Assembly: GCA_951406725.2 (NCBI GenBank) | Contig: OX597823.1 | Coordinates: 41,726,001 to 41,790,000, forward strand | Reading direction: 5' to 3' | Length of the DNA: 64,000 bases | Source of the DNA: Octopus vulgaris | Lineage: Eukaryota | Shown: piece after piece, positions 13,725-25,709 of the stretch | How positions within the stretch are numbered: the first letter of the stretch is position 1 | How the letters are laid out: each line of letters begins with the position of its first letter | Notes under the pieces: model-generated | The model's database searches: none | Seen by the model: only the letters and a program-made list of their open reading frames with translations | Told to the model about the DNA's origin: nothing | Made by a program: the position numbers and the translations under genes

Positions 13725-13745
13725 ATATGTGTATACATGTATGTT
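12903..13745. repeat. Compound (TA)n/(TG)n microsatellite blocks just downstream of the exon
   Basis: Long interrupted TA runs are directly visible at 12903-13277 and 13541-13745. Confidence 0.97.
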
Positions 13746-13944
13746 AGTATGTACATAAGTTCATGTCTCTGTGTGTTTATGCAATATCTGTCTTAGTGAA
13801 GGTGAAGGAATCTATTTTCCTTGTTAGTGCATGTATATAGATATATAATTTTTCTTTATTTCTGTCTTCCTTTACTGAAAAAAATATTTTCAGGTTTTTT
13901 TTTCTGTCCTTCATTTTATATTTTCTTATTTCTAGTTCTTTTTT

Positions 13945-14221
13945 CCTTTTCTTTCTCTCTCTCTCTCTCACACACTACCTAATCCTATCTCTTTCATTTT
14001 CTCTCTCTCCCCTCTCGCTATCTATTCTCTCTTTCTCTTCCTTTTCTGTCTTACTCTCACTTTTTTCTCTTACTCTCTCTACCTCTATCTTTCTCTTTCT
14101 TCCTTTCTTTCTTTTTCTCTCTCATACTCGCTATGTCTTCCTACCTTTCTCTTTTGCACTATCACTTCCTCACTCACATTCTCTCTCTCTCTCTCTCTCT
14201 CTCTCTTCCTCTCTCTCTCTC
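13945..14221. repeat. CT-rich polypyrimidine low-complexity tract
   Basis: (CT)n runs are directly visible and purines are scarce. Confidence 0.9.
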
Positions 14222-14744
14222 ATTACAGTACAGTCTATACTATAACACATTCATGCAACTATTTACATAGCCACTTAGACATAAAAGTAACTAAAAATAA
14301 TATTAAAAAATTGTAAAAAAATACCTAAATTGATGGAATTGTATTTCATTATCGTCATCTATTTTTTAAATAAAATTTACAACTCGCATTCTCTAATTTC
14401 ATCCGTGGAATCATGTAAAACTTTATCATCATCATAACCACCATTCATCGTTGTCACCATCATCACCATTGCTGCCATTATTATACAATTTACACTTATT
14501 TTACCAATACATTGGATGTCAGATATATATGACATTTTTTTGTAAAGTCATGATTTATATATGCATTAATTTTAATATGCATGTCTGTCTGCATACATAT
14601 ATACATACATGCAGATAGACAGATAGATATAAGTAAATAGATATAGATGTACTTTTACTTATTTTTTATTGGTAGAAAGCTAAAACACTGATACAAGGGC
14701 TGCAAGTTTCATGCTTAGCCCTTATCTATCACATATATATATAT

Positions 14745-14910
14745 AGGGAGAGTTCTCGAAAAAAACAAAAGACGAAGACAGGTGGTGTAGAAAACAATCA
14801 GATGTATTAGTATAATGCTCAGGAATTGAAAAAGTCTTTTACGTTTTGAGCCTATGCTCTTCTACAGAAAGGGACACAGAAAAAAACAAGGAGAGAAACA
14901 AGAGAAACAT
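14745..14910 (-). mobile_element. Penelope-like non-coding fragment with degenerate minimal hammerhead motif
   Basis: The minus strand at 14834-14875 reads CTTT-CTGTAGA-A-GAGC-atag-GCTC-AAAAC-GTA-AAAG. This is stem I, a variant core, stem II, a decayed GAAAC, NUH and stem I. It abuts (TA)n. Confidence 0.6.
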
Positions 14911-15136
14911 ATGTATGTATGTATGTATATTTGTACACAAATACATACACAGCGCATATATACATATTGCTACTATGTATATTTTATATATGCGTGACAG
15001 ATGATGTAGTGTTAATTATGGAAATAACATGCATTACAGAATTGCTGTCACATAATGGAATAAGCATCTATTCTATCACACACTTCTCTTGTTTGATCTT
15101 TCTGTCTATGTCTGTCTGTCTGTCTCTTTCTATTAC

Positions 15137-15568
15137 CATCATTGTTTAATGTTCACTTTCCATGCGGGCAGAGTCGGATAGCTTGATAGGAGCTGGCCAG
15201 CAGAAAGCTGTCCAGACTCCAGTTGTCTGTTTTGGCATAGCTTCCATGCCTGATGCCCTTCTTAATGCCAATCACATTACAGAGTGTGCCAGGTGCTTTT
15301 TACAAGCCATTGGCATAGGTGCATTTATGCAGCACTCGCACAAATGCATTTTACGTGGCACTGGCACCTGCCTGCAATGACATGCCTATATGTATGGATG
15401 ACTGCAATTTTACTTAGCTTCCTATGTCTTCTCAAGTACAGCAAATTGCCACATCTCTCAGTAACTAGTCATGGCCTCAGTGAGGTCCAGTGCCTGAAGT
15501 TCCTTTCTCACCACTTTGTCTCCCATCTTTCTGGATCTACCCCTTCTACAGTTTCCTGCCACAATTAA
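15137..15568 (-). mobile_element. RTE-clade LINE 3' end (ORF C-terminus plus 3' UTR)
   Basis: The minus strand encodes LIVAGNCRRGRSRKMGDKVVRKELQALDLTEAMTSY*EMWQFAVLEKT*EAK*, matching the RTE 'GRPRKTW' terminus. The AAGGGCATC-type 3' UTR follows. Confidence 0.85.
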
Positions 15569-15574
15569 TATGGT

Positions 15575-16390
15575 TTGAGGGTAAATGTGAAGGCTGGGAG
15601 CCACACTAGGTTCCATTGTTTATTTTGGCATAGTTTCTACAGCTGGGTGCCCTTCCTAATGTCAACCATTATACAGAGTGTATTGGGTGTTATTTACATG
15701 TCACCAGCACTGGTATCAAGCCTACTGTGGTGGATGGGTCTTCTTGAGTACAGTAAAATACCAGATATCTTGGCCCTTTGTTATTGCCTTCAGTGTCATA
15801 AGATTAGCCTTTATTACTTTGTCTTCTATCGTCCTGAGTCTCCCTTTGCCACAATTTCCGTCCACTTTATTGGCACTTTTATATGCAACTGCCTACATCC
15901 ATATGCATCACATGACCAAACCAGTGCGGCCTTTTGTCTTACACAATGCATTTAATTCCTCTTATACCCTACTTTTCTTTCATTTTGTGAATGCTCTGTC
16001 ATTGCACATCCAATGGAACATACTAACTTTATTCCTCTCTAGTCTTCATTTGTCCTCTGCATTCAGGGCCCACATCTCACTACCATGTGGTATTGCTGTG
16101 CATATACATGCATCATACAATCTTTCTTTCACCCAGAGAAACAGACTTTTGGTTGCCAAAAGATGTAAAATCTCTCTTAATTTTCTCCATCCTGTCTTAT
16201 TCTAGCAATTGCACTTTCTGTACATCCACCCCCCACTGCTAATTAGGTTCCCTGTATAGCAGAAAATTTCCACTACCTCTAAAGAGCTTCCACGGCATTT
16301 GAGAAAATCGATTTCCCAAGGATCTATGGTCTTATGGCTCCTGCACTCCTTCCTCATACAAACACTTCTTTCTCTGATAACCTTCCTATT
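15575..16390 (-). mobile_element. RTE-clade LINE fragment (end of RT and thumb/C-terminal region), decayed
   Basis: Minus-strand peptides LEVVEIFCYTGNLISSGG and LREILHLLATKSLFLWVKERLYDACICTAIPHGSEMWALNAEDK*RLERNKVSMFHWMC match the RTE motifs F-x-YLG and YGSETW. Confidence 0.88.
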
Positions 16391-16429
16391 ATTCCACTGC
16401 ATCTCTTGTGTGTCCATATATACACACAC

Positions 16430-16432
<3 letters not shown>

Positions 16433-16503
<71 letters not shown>
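16433..16503. repeat. (GT)n microsatellite
   Basis: Pure TG run, directly visible. Confidence 0.98.
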
Positions 16504-16505
<2 letters not shown>

Positions 16506-16637
16506 TAATACCAGGCTAATTCATGAGAATATATTCTCTTACACCTACAATTTCAGTTTACCCATGAACTGACATAAAACCTTCTGTGTGTTTCATAATA
16601 TTTATATCCTTCAGGCTGCTTCTCATACTTATTTGAA

Positions 16638-16740
<103 letters not shown>

Positions 16741-17329
16741 TTATATATAATACATATACATGTAGAGAGAGAGAAGCTAATAAGATATGATGTCAGATGA
16801 AGGATATCTCATACTTTAGTCAGCTTTTGACAGTATTACTCTCTTCAGTATTGTCAAATAAACAGCAAGAAATTAATCTTGAATATCCAATGTTTCATAA
16901 AGCATGGTAGCTTTACAGAAATTATTCATACAAATATACATAAAAAAAAATAATTTGAAAATTTGCAAAACATTTTAATTATAGTTTCATTATACCTTAG
17001 AGGATAACTTCCCGCAAAATAAATTTACTTACATAATTTTCATCATCATTGCTTTGATGTCTGTTTCTCCATACTTGCATGGGTCAGATGGAATTTACTG
17101 AGGCAGATTTTGTTTGGCCAGATGCCCTTTCTGTCACCATCTTCACCTATTCCAAGCAAAGTAAATTTTTCCCATGATCATGTTTTTCATGGAAGACTTA
17201 GAAATGAGCAACCTCATTTGTATGATGGTGTCAACTGCCAAGCAACATCAAGACAAGGGTACATGTGTGCACATGCACACAAACACTCACTCATACACTC
17301 ATGCAGGCATATACCACATGCCTAAAATA

Positions 17330-17555
17330 TGACCCTTCTGATCCCAGCTCTACCTAAGACTACTCCTAGTTCTGCAATATAAGCTTCCTATTTTAATGAA
17401 AATTGAAACATTGCACCAAATATTCATGTTGATTTATGTTCTAAAAACCAGCTTCTTAAGGATAAAATTTATTTCACTAAATTCTTCATTATTTTAAACA
17501 TCAATTGAAGCAAAATTAATGTATTTCAATAGAAATATGATAACAATAAAGTTAA
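17330..17555 (+). mobile_element. piggyBac-type MITE, older copy of the 17595-17815 family
   Basis: It is colinear with the adjacent copy (GATTTATGTTCTAAAAACCAGCT...TTCACTAAATTCTTCATTA). It begins tgaCCCTT and ends AAAGTTAA. Confidence 0.6.
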
Positions 17556-17594
17556 GCAATCATTTTATCTTTATCAGGACTAACCTGGGATTAA

Positions 17595-17815
17595 CTCTTT
17601 TGATAGTAACCCACTTGAGCCTATCCCTGATTTTATGATACAAATTTTCTACTTTAAATTGGTCTAAAATTAAAACCTTCCATTAAAATTTCCTGTGAAT
17701 TTGTGTTCGAAATACCAGCTCAATAATGATAAAATTTTTCACTAATTCTTCATTACTTTCAAAATAAATGGAAACAGAAACGGTATATTTCATCAGAAGT
17801 GAGGTAATGAAAGGG
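17595..17815 (+). mobile_element. piggyBac-type MITE
   Basis: TTAA lies at 17591-17594 and 17816-17819. The termini CTCTTTTGATA and TAATGAAAGGG fit a CCCTTT-type TIR. Confidence 0.75.
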
Positions 17816-18919
17816 TTAAGGGCTTCTGAAGATACATGCGTAGTATATTTATGGACAACATTATTATTGATTACTGGTTTAAACTAGTTTGCACATTTTT
17901 TCCTTCCTTGTTTCGCAATCTCTGATTTGGTACTGGAGTGATTATATGGATGGAAAAGACACTTTTGAATTGGAAGCTGTTAGTTACATTTCTTCTAATA
18001 AATCTCTTCAAACAATTGCAAAAAAAAAAAGTAAAGAAATGAATTGTTCAAACAATTCTTTTGTTGAATGCTCTGTAAAAATTGATATTTGCCATAAGAT
18101 TTGCAAATGCCAGACATTTTCTATTGATGAAGTCTTTATTTTTATGCCTAACTAAGAATGACACATATTTTCAACAAGGTAGAATACAGCTGGCAAAATA
18201 ATGCCTCTCTTGCCTTAGGGCACACCTCCATAGTTATAAAATAGCAGATTTCCATGAACTTAGAATCTGTTAAGTACCTTAATCTTCCAGCCATTGGTGT
18301 TGGTGTGGTTCTGTGTGTATGTGTGTGTGTGTGTCATTAAAGAACTGCGAGTTTGGTGAAGTTTTCAGAAACACACTTTGGAGCCATTAGCATAGTCACA
18401 TTTGATATTTGTGCTGTTTGGTTGTGATCATCTATAGATAATATTTATCAGCTAAGGCAAAATAGAAAAACAAATTAACATGTATATTTATGTGTATTCA
18501 AGTTTGTATATATGCATGTAAGTAAGTATGTATATTCTCATCATCATCAAGGTCATTTAACATCAATGATATATATATTTATATTCAAATATTCATACAC
18601 ACGCATGTCCATGTGTATATGTGTGTATGTGTCTTCGTGCATGCGTGCACGTATGTGTGTATAAATCATCAACATCTTCATTGCTTTAACATCCTTTTTT
18701 CCATGCCTGCATGGGTCAGATGGAATTTGATGAGGTAGATTCTCTATAGGTAGATGCTCTTGCTGTTGCCAACCCTCACCTCTATCAAACCAAGGTTATA
18801 TTTCTCTATGGCCAGACCTGTTTTTATGGAAGACTGGAAGTGATGAGCATAACTTGGTTAACAGTAATGCCCATTTGCAACTATCACACTACATACATAC
18901 ATAGTCCAAACATGTGAAC

Positions 18920-19155
18920 ATATCCTACATACAATTCCTCACTTTCTTTCTTCATCCACGTTCTTTTACTCTGTCCCTCTCTTCTCAGTTTCTCGTGAAC
19001 TTTTCTCACCCCACTGAAGAAGGACTATGTCCAGAATGCAATACTCTTTACCCTTTCCATTCTTCTTTGAACATCAATCTAATAATATCAATTGGCTGTA
19101 AATATCTCTTATTTTTTTTCTGGTGTTATATTTTTGATTTACTCCCTACTATATA
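18920..19155 (+). mobile_element. Penelope-like non-coding fragment with degenerate hammerhead
   Basis: It contains CTGAAGA (19014-19020)-A-GGAC-tat-GTCC-agaat. The architecture is the same as 14745-14910, ending CTCCCT..TATA beside (TA)n. Confidence 0.5.
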
Positions 19156-19158
19156 GCC

Positions 19159-19202
<44 letters not shown>

Positions 19203-19229
19203 TCCATTCATACAGGCATGCCATTTGCT

Positions 19230-19563
19230 GGTGCTGGTGTCAGTGCCACATAATAAGTACTTGTGCCAGTGTCATGTAAATGGTCCTCATGCCAGTACCA
19301 CATAATAGACACTTGTGCCTGTGCCTGTGCCATGTGAAATAGACTCATGCTGGTGCTATGTAATTTCACCTGTACCAGTGGCATATGAAAAGCATCTAGC
19401 ACACTCTGTAAAATGGCTGGCATTAGGAATGGCATCCAGCCATAGAAACCATGCCAAACTGATAATTGAAGTCTGGACAGCTCTCTGGCTGGTCAGCTCC
19501 TGTCAAACTGTCCAATCCATGCCAGCATGGAAATCGAACATTAAAGTATGATGTTGATGATGA
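19230..19563 (+). mobile_element. RTE 3' UTR or RTE-tailed SINE fragment
   Basis: It reads GGCATTAGGAATGGCATCCAGCCATAGAAACC...CCATGCCAGCATGGAAA...(GAT)n. Confidence 0.75.
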
Positions 19564-19788
19564 TATATATAGTATACATATCTATGTACATATTCCCAAA
19601 TAACACTGATTTTAGTGCTGTTGACACCACCAGATTGAATGGTACTGCCCAGGTGTCAAAACCACAGTGATATTCATGGGGCAGCTGACGATGGAGGTAT
19701 GCTGGACGTTGGTATGGCTGTTGTTGTATGTGTAGAATAGTATTATAATGCATCCATTTGATACACACACACACGCACACACTCATAC

Positions 19789-19839
<51 letters not shown>

Positions 19840-20839
19840 AAACACAGGTATAAGCTTGTAAGCAGTTGCAAATTCTCTCATGAGACATTATTACTGTTGT
19901 TTTGTTGTTATTACAGTAATTTACATTTGGGAAGATCTCTGATTGAAACAATTATCATTCTTCTGCTGTTCCTATTTAATTATACACCACTAAAGGTAAA
20001 ACAGAAACATCCATCTATGAGGTGTTGATAATAATTAAAGATTAATAATTATTTCTTATAATTAATTACACACGGTTCCTTACATTATAATTACACATGT
20101 AATTATGAGCTGTTATTTAATAATTATTACTGAAAATACTAATTTCCAACGTATTTGTATTGCTTCAGATTTTTAAGGAGAGGAAACAGGAAATATAGAT
20201 GTACCATAATCAAACAATGTAATGTAATTCAAATTGAGAATTTTAACTGATCTCTGAACCCAAGGTGTTGAGTATGTATGCCCATTATGACTGTGAGGGT
20301 TATGATACCTCATAGCATTTGACCTGACTCTCTACTCTCTGGGTTCAGTTCCTGTCAAAGTCAGTTTTGTCTTTCAGAATTTTCGTGTTAATGAGAAGAC
20401 ACCAATGCAGGTTGGTGAATTGGTACAATTATTAGAGGGCTGGTTGAGATGTTTTGCAGTAGATTTTCTGGCTTTTTTTTGGCATTTCTGGCAGCAATGT
20501 TTGTGATGACTTGATGCTAAGTTTTGCTGGCCCAAGTCAATGACCTGTGCTGCAGATAAACATTGATGTTGTGGAGAAGAGAAACTTACATATATGGACA
20601 GCTGTGAGTCTTCCTCAAATAAAAAGTGGACCCAAGCTTGTATACATATATGTGCAGTTGTATGATCTCCCTTGACTAATGAAAGTGCAACAGCATCACA
20701 ATGGTAATTGCACAGCTGAAAACTGTTAATCATATAAGAGAACTAATGATAAATATATTTTCTATTTTAGAATATGTAGTAACTTTAGCGATATTGTCAT
20801 TAGTGTTAACTCATATGCAAGTAGTAGATCTCTAATGAG

Positions 20840-21075
20840 ATCTTGATGGGTACAAAGGGTGCTGGTGCCTGAGGTAGCTGTTCATGCCAAGGGTGGTATA
20901 GAAGAGCCAGCAAGGCTCTTCTATAGCAGGGGACAGTTGATGGAGTACAAAGAAGTGCAAGCTGCTCTTTGTCTCTTCAGCATTTGATCTCTGTCTCTTG
21001 ACATCTGTTATTTTCCTTCTGGTCTGATCCCTTGATGATGATGACTGGCCACCACTTTGGGTGGTCTTACGTAAT
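20840..21075 (-). mobile_element. Decayed RTE-type LINE C-terminus with terminal C2H2-like motif
   Basis: The minus-strand peptide FYTTLGMNSYLRHQH is preceded by CP and a basic stretch. It resembles the F-x-x-x-x-GL-x-SH-x-R-x-H end of RTE ORFs. Confidence 0.4.
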
Positions 21076-21230
21076 CTAACATTTAAATGATATAAACAAT
21101 ACCTGTATGACCATGTGCAATAATTACAAACAAACCCATCAAGTATTCCACATTTTGTGGGATCGTTTCTTTGCAGTTGCTTGTGCTGCTAGAAATAACT
21201 GCCAAATCTCCTTCAACTCACACTCCACAC

Positions 21231-21634
21231 CAGGAGTTCTCAAAATTTTCTTTCCTTCAAACTTTGTAATTGTTGGCACCGTTGATGTACCCCTTGTAAG
21301 AAATGGTGTAGCATGTAACAATCATTAATATTTGGCAGTCTTGTGTAGAATGGTTGGATATCATAAAAGAGATAGTAATGAGAACCATTTTATAAATACC
21401 ATAAAACAGACAATATATATATTCTGTTACTAATTATTATATATCAAAGTTAAGACTTCCAAACAATATAATTGGCTATTTTTAAAAATCTAGTTTACCT
21501 AATCTGAGGATCCACCATTATAAGTAGTTGATTATGATTACTTTTAAACTTTAGTTGTTTCAACAAATCTAATACAGCCCCTTAATTTTGATTGATAACT
21601 CCTAGTACATGCATCCTGGTTTGAGAATTTCTTG
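21231..21634. mobile_element. hAT (Charlie-like) MITE inserted into an older SINE-like repeat
   Basis: The imperfect TIRs CAGGAGTTCTCAAA and TTTGAGAATTTCTTG fit the CAGGGGTTCTCAAAC type. The flanks (GCTAGAAATAACTGCCAAATCTCC...CACTCCACAC | TACTACCATCTTAAAAAG) read as one interrupted repeat. An 8-bp TSD is not clear. Confidence 0.6.
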
Positions 21635-21952
21635 TACTACCATCTTAAAAAGAAAGAAATGATATGGTAGATTAAGTAGTTCTGGATACAATGTATAAAA
21701 TTAAGACAACCCTGGCTTTTTACACAGCATTGAGAAAAGTTACAACAATGATGAAAAATTAATGCCTGTCACTCCAAAAGAATTGTCTCACTTGCCCATG
21801 ACTTACTTCAGGTGTTTTTAACACCAGATGCATTGAGAGTATATTCTCTTGTGCCTCAAAATACAGGTTACCCACGAACTAACAACACACATCTTATGTA
21901 TGTGTGTCTGATTCTGCTTATATACCTCAAGGTGCTTCTAATTCATATTTGA

Positions 21953-21990
<38 letters not shown>

Positions 21991-22598
21991 TTGTATGTGT
22001 ACATGTGTACTTTTGTCTTGGCATCACATGGAGATTGTAAGCTAGCATCACCATCGAAGCAATGAAATTCATTTCTAGTCTTCTATGGAAACAATATCTG
22101 GCCAGGGGGAAATATTTCCTTGCTTAGAAGCAGGTGAAGTTCGGCAGCAAGAAGGGCATCCAACTATAAAAAAACCTGCCTCAACAAAGTCAGTCTGACC
22201 CATGCAAGAATAGAAAAGTGGATGATAAATGATGATGATGATAAAAAGCAAGAGATTCATTTCTCAAATTTGATTCCAACAAGAAACTTCGGTAGTAACA
22301 TTTGTCTAAATTCTATTACTTGCTCTCTATCATACATTTCGTAGACGTATTCAGCCTATGAATATTTTTGCTGTCAATTATTACGTCGTTTATCAAACTA
22401 GAAAATTATCATTTATCAGAATTTAGTTTGATGAAAAATACGAGATGATATTCATCTGTTTATGTGCATATACACATGTGACAGCCCCACCACATGCACA
22501 CAGAGAGACACGATTGTATTCGTACATTGTATTTATACATGTATGTGTGTGTGTATTTAAATGGATGTTAGTGAACATACAAGCATATATATATATAC

Positions 22599-22659
<61 letters not shown>

Positions 22660-22687
22660 TTTATATATGTGTGTGCATATATTCTTC

Positions 22688-23104
22688 CTTTTGTTCTTTT
22701 ACTTGTTTCAGTCATTTGAAGCCATGCTGGAGCACCACATTTAGACAAACAAATCAACCCCAGAACTTATTCTTTGTAAGCCTAGTACTTATCGTAACAG
22801 TCTCTTTTTGCCGAACCACTAGATGACAGGGACATAAACATACCAAAATTAGTTGTCAAGCGATGGTGGAGGAACAAACTCAGACACAAATAATTAACAT
22901 ATACATATATATATATACATACATATATATATATATATACACACGATGAGCTTCTTTCGGTTTCTGTCTACCAAATTCACCCAAAGGGCTTTGGTTGGCC
23001 TGAGTCTATTGCAGAAAACACTTACCCAAGGTGCCACATGGTAGGACTGAATGCAGAACCATGTGTGTGGGAAGCAAGCTTCTTACCAAATAGCTACTCC
23101 TGCA
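22688..23104 (-). mobile_element. Family-A tRNA/CORE-like SINE, full length with internal (TA)/(CA) spacer
   Basis: It is the reverse complement of 51412-51838, including both head and tail. Confidence 0.85.
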
Positions 23105-23672
23105 TATATACATATAACTAAAGACGAGGCGTATTTCCATGCTGGAAAAAATATAGGCAAACTTGTTGATGAAAATGCTCCTAAATTTGATAAAAATGGA
23201 ATTGTTTAAAATAGACTTATTTATATTCATGTATATTCAAACATAGAAAGAATTTTGCTGTGGAAACTGACTCAGGAGACAAATTCTCCTTATAGACAAA
23301 ACAGTGTTTCTGGGATTTTTTTTTTATACTTCTTCAGCTACAGACACTGAATATTTATTATTTGTGGCCTACCCAGAACTCTTGTTCTTATATTAGACCA
23401 GCGAATAATAGATTTGTTGATCTGTGCAAAGCTTGGTCGAAATGAAATGAATTAATTAGAGCAGTGAGATTAAAATAAACACCAGTGATTAAAATAAAGC
23501 TGCATACAGTTATATTTAACATCTTCATATACACACAAAAGTAGACATGTATAAAATATATATAATTCAAATTTGCAGAAACAAAAGATGAAGATAGGTG
23601 AGGGAACAACAAGCAAGTGTATTAGCTTGACACTCAGGAAGAAGAATGGAAAGGTGTTTAGCATTTTGAGCA

Positions 23673-23693
23673 TGTATGTGTGTGTGTGTGTGT

Positions 23694-23788
<95 letters not shown>
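23673..23788. repeat. (GT)n microsatellite
   Basis: Long TG run, directly visible. Confidence 0.98.
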
Positions 23789-23789
<1 letters not shown>

Positions 23790-24035
23790 TGGCAAAATTG
23801 TTGTCATTTTATATTTTTAATTTCACACATGTGCATTGTTTCTTTTTGTTCTTGTCAACTACACAGTCTAGTAGGGTCAGTTGGGCACTGTCTGTTAAAA
23901 AATCAGCACCATGATACAATTCACTTTGCTAGTAATTTGACTTGCTGTACTGCTTGGTATTCAAGCTGGAAGCTCCAATACAAACATTTCAGAGTGTTTC
24001 AGGACATGTCAATTTGAGGACATGTACTGAGAGTG

Positions 24036-24639
24036 ATAAAAATCAAACATCCAGTCAACATCATAGTGTTTGAGTGATCACTAGTGATGGTGACGTTATG
24101 CCTCCATTCATAGCCTCACACTCAACACAGAGGCCTACATCAAGTGCCTAGAGGAGGTAGTGCTGCCCTGGGTCAAGAAGGTTGCTACTGGGAGACCCTG
24201 TGTCTAGCAACAGGACTCTGCACCACGCCACACAAGTAGGAGGAACCAATCATGGCTGTCAGACAATTTCTGTGACCACATCACCCCTAACATCTGGCCT
24301 CCTAACTTCCCAGACTGCAACCCCCTTGATTATTATGCATTTGAATGAGAGACCAACAAAACTCCTTGTAACACTAAAGATGAACTGATGGCAAGAATTA
24401 TGGCAGCATTCACCAACTTAAACAAGGAGACCATTTAGAAGAGTTGTAGGAAATTCCAAATTCGTCTAGAGGCCATGGTTGAAACCAATGTTGATTTTAT
24501 TATAAATTTACTCCTTAATATTTCAAGATATTTTTAATGCAGTTTTGGTAAATATATCTGTTAAAATGAGATGTGAGTGTTATTTTCATATTTGCCCAAT
24601 TTAGACAACAGTTTATTCACCGCTATTAACCGCACACTG
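24036..24639 (+). mobile_element. maT (DD37D) Tc1/mariner transposon relic: transposase C-terminal half plus right end
   Basis: The peptide NTEAYIKCLEEVVLPWVKKVATGRPCV*QQDSAPRHTSRRNQSWLSDNFCDHITPNIWPPNFPDCNPLDYY has 37 residues between the second and third catalytic Asp. It has several stops and ends CGCACACTG|TA. Confidence 0.9.
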
Positions 24640-25234
24640 TATGTATATATATATAGATATACATACACACATACACTGATATATATATATATGTATATAT
24701 GCGTACATATATTAGTGTTTGTTTTTATATTATAATAAAAACAATTTTACATCAAATTGAAGGATTACATAATACTTTTGGTAAAGAAAAATTTATTATT
24801 CTTTAACAAGAATTGTATTGACAGAAACTTCGAAGTTTCAGCCAGCTAACCATCACACATGTTGTTTCACAGAGTTTATTAACTCCCATTGAGTCCAACC
24901 TTGCATTTCATGGCCATCATAGCCAACTTTGCTTTTCATCATTTCATGGTCGCTAAATAAACTGTCAGTTTTGTACTGGGTTCATTCTTTTCTTTTCATT
25001 TACTTCCTCTGCTTTTTTTCTCTATCTATCTATTTCTCTCTTTTTGGGAAAAAATTAACTTTAACTTGCACTAGGGTTCTGTTTAAAGTTCTGGATTGGG
25101 CTCTGCCAGTTCTAAATACATGATCAGGATATACTGTATGACAAAACAGCTTCACCCTATAATTCCACCAAAGAGTTAAGTGTCTATGGCATGGTACACA
25201 TATACACGCATGTGTGTGTGTGTGTGTGTATTTA

Positions 25235-25390
25235 GGCGCGGGCATGGCTGTGTGGTTAGGGAGCTTGCTTCCTAGCTACATGGTTTCGGGTTCAGTCCCA
25301 CTGCGTGGCACTTTGGATAGGTGTCTTCCACTATAGCCCCGAGCCGACCGAAGCTTTGTGATTGAATTCGGCAGGCGGAAGTTACTGCCG
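25235..25390 (+). mobile_element. Family-A SINE head (tRNA-derived plus CORE-like)
   Basis: It has an A box TGGCTGTGTGG, a B box GGTTCAGTCCC, then GGCACTTTGGATAGGTGTCTT. CpGs are retained. Confidence 0.85.
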
Positions 25391-25615
25391 TGTGTGTATA
25401 TGTGCGTGTAGGTGCTTGTGCCTCTCCGAAAGAGAGAGAGGGTATTGTTCTGTGATAGTAAGATCAAGGAAAAAATACTTCATTGGGTGAGAGATAAATA
25501 TTATTTCATCAACACAGTACATGTTTTTATGTGCTACTACTAGTTTCATGCGCTGAGAACATGCCAAACAATGTTTAATAACATGTCTAACATCTCTCTC
25601 TCTCTCTCGCGCGCG

Positions 25616-25656
<41 letters not shown>

Positions 25657-25667
25657 TATGCATATAC

Positions 25668-25709
<42 letters not shown>

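Noticed and set aside
6699-14285. 17-bp direct match AGCCACTTAGACATAAA at about 6699 and 14269, flanking the exon
   Set aside because: There is no extended similarity, and a match of this length is plausible by chance in 64 kb of AT-rich DNA.
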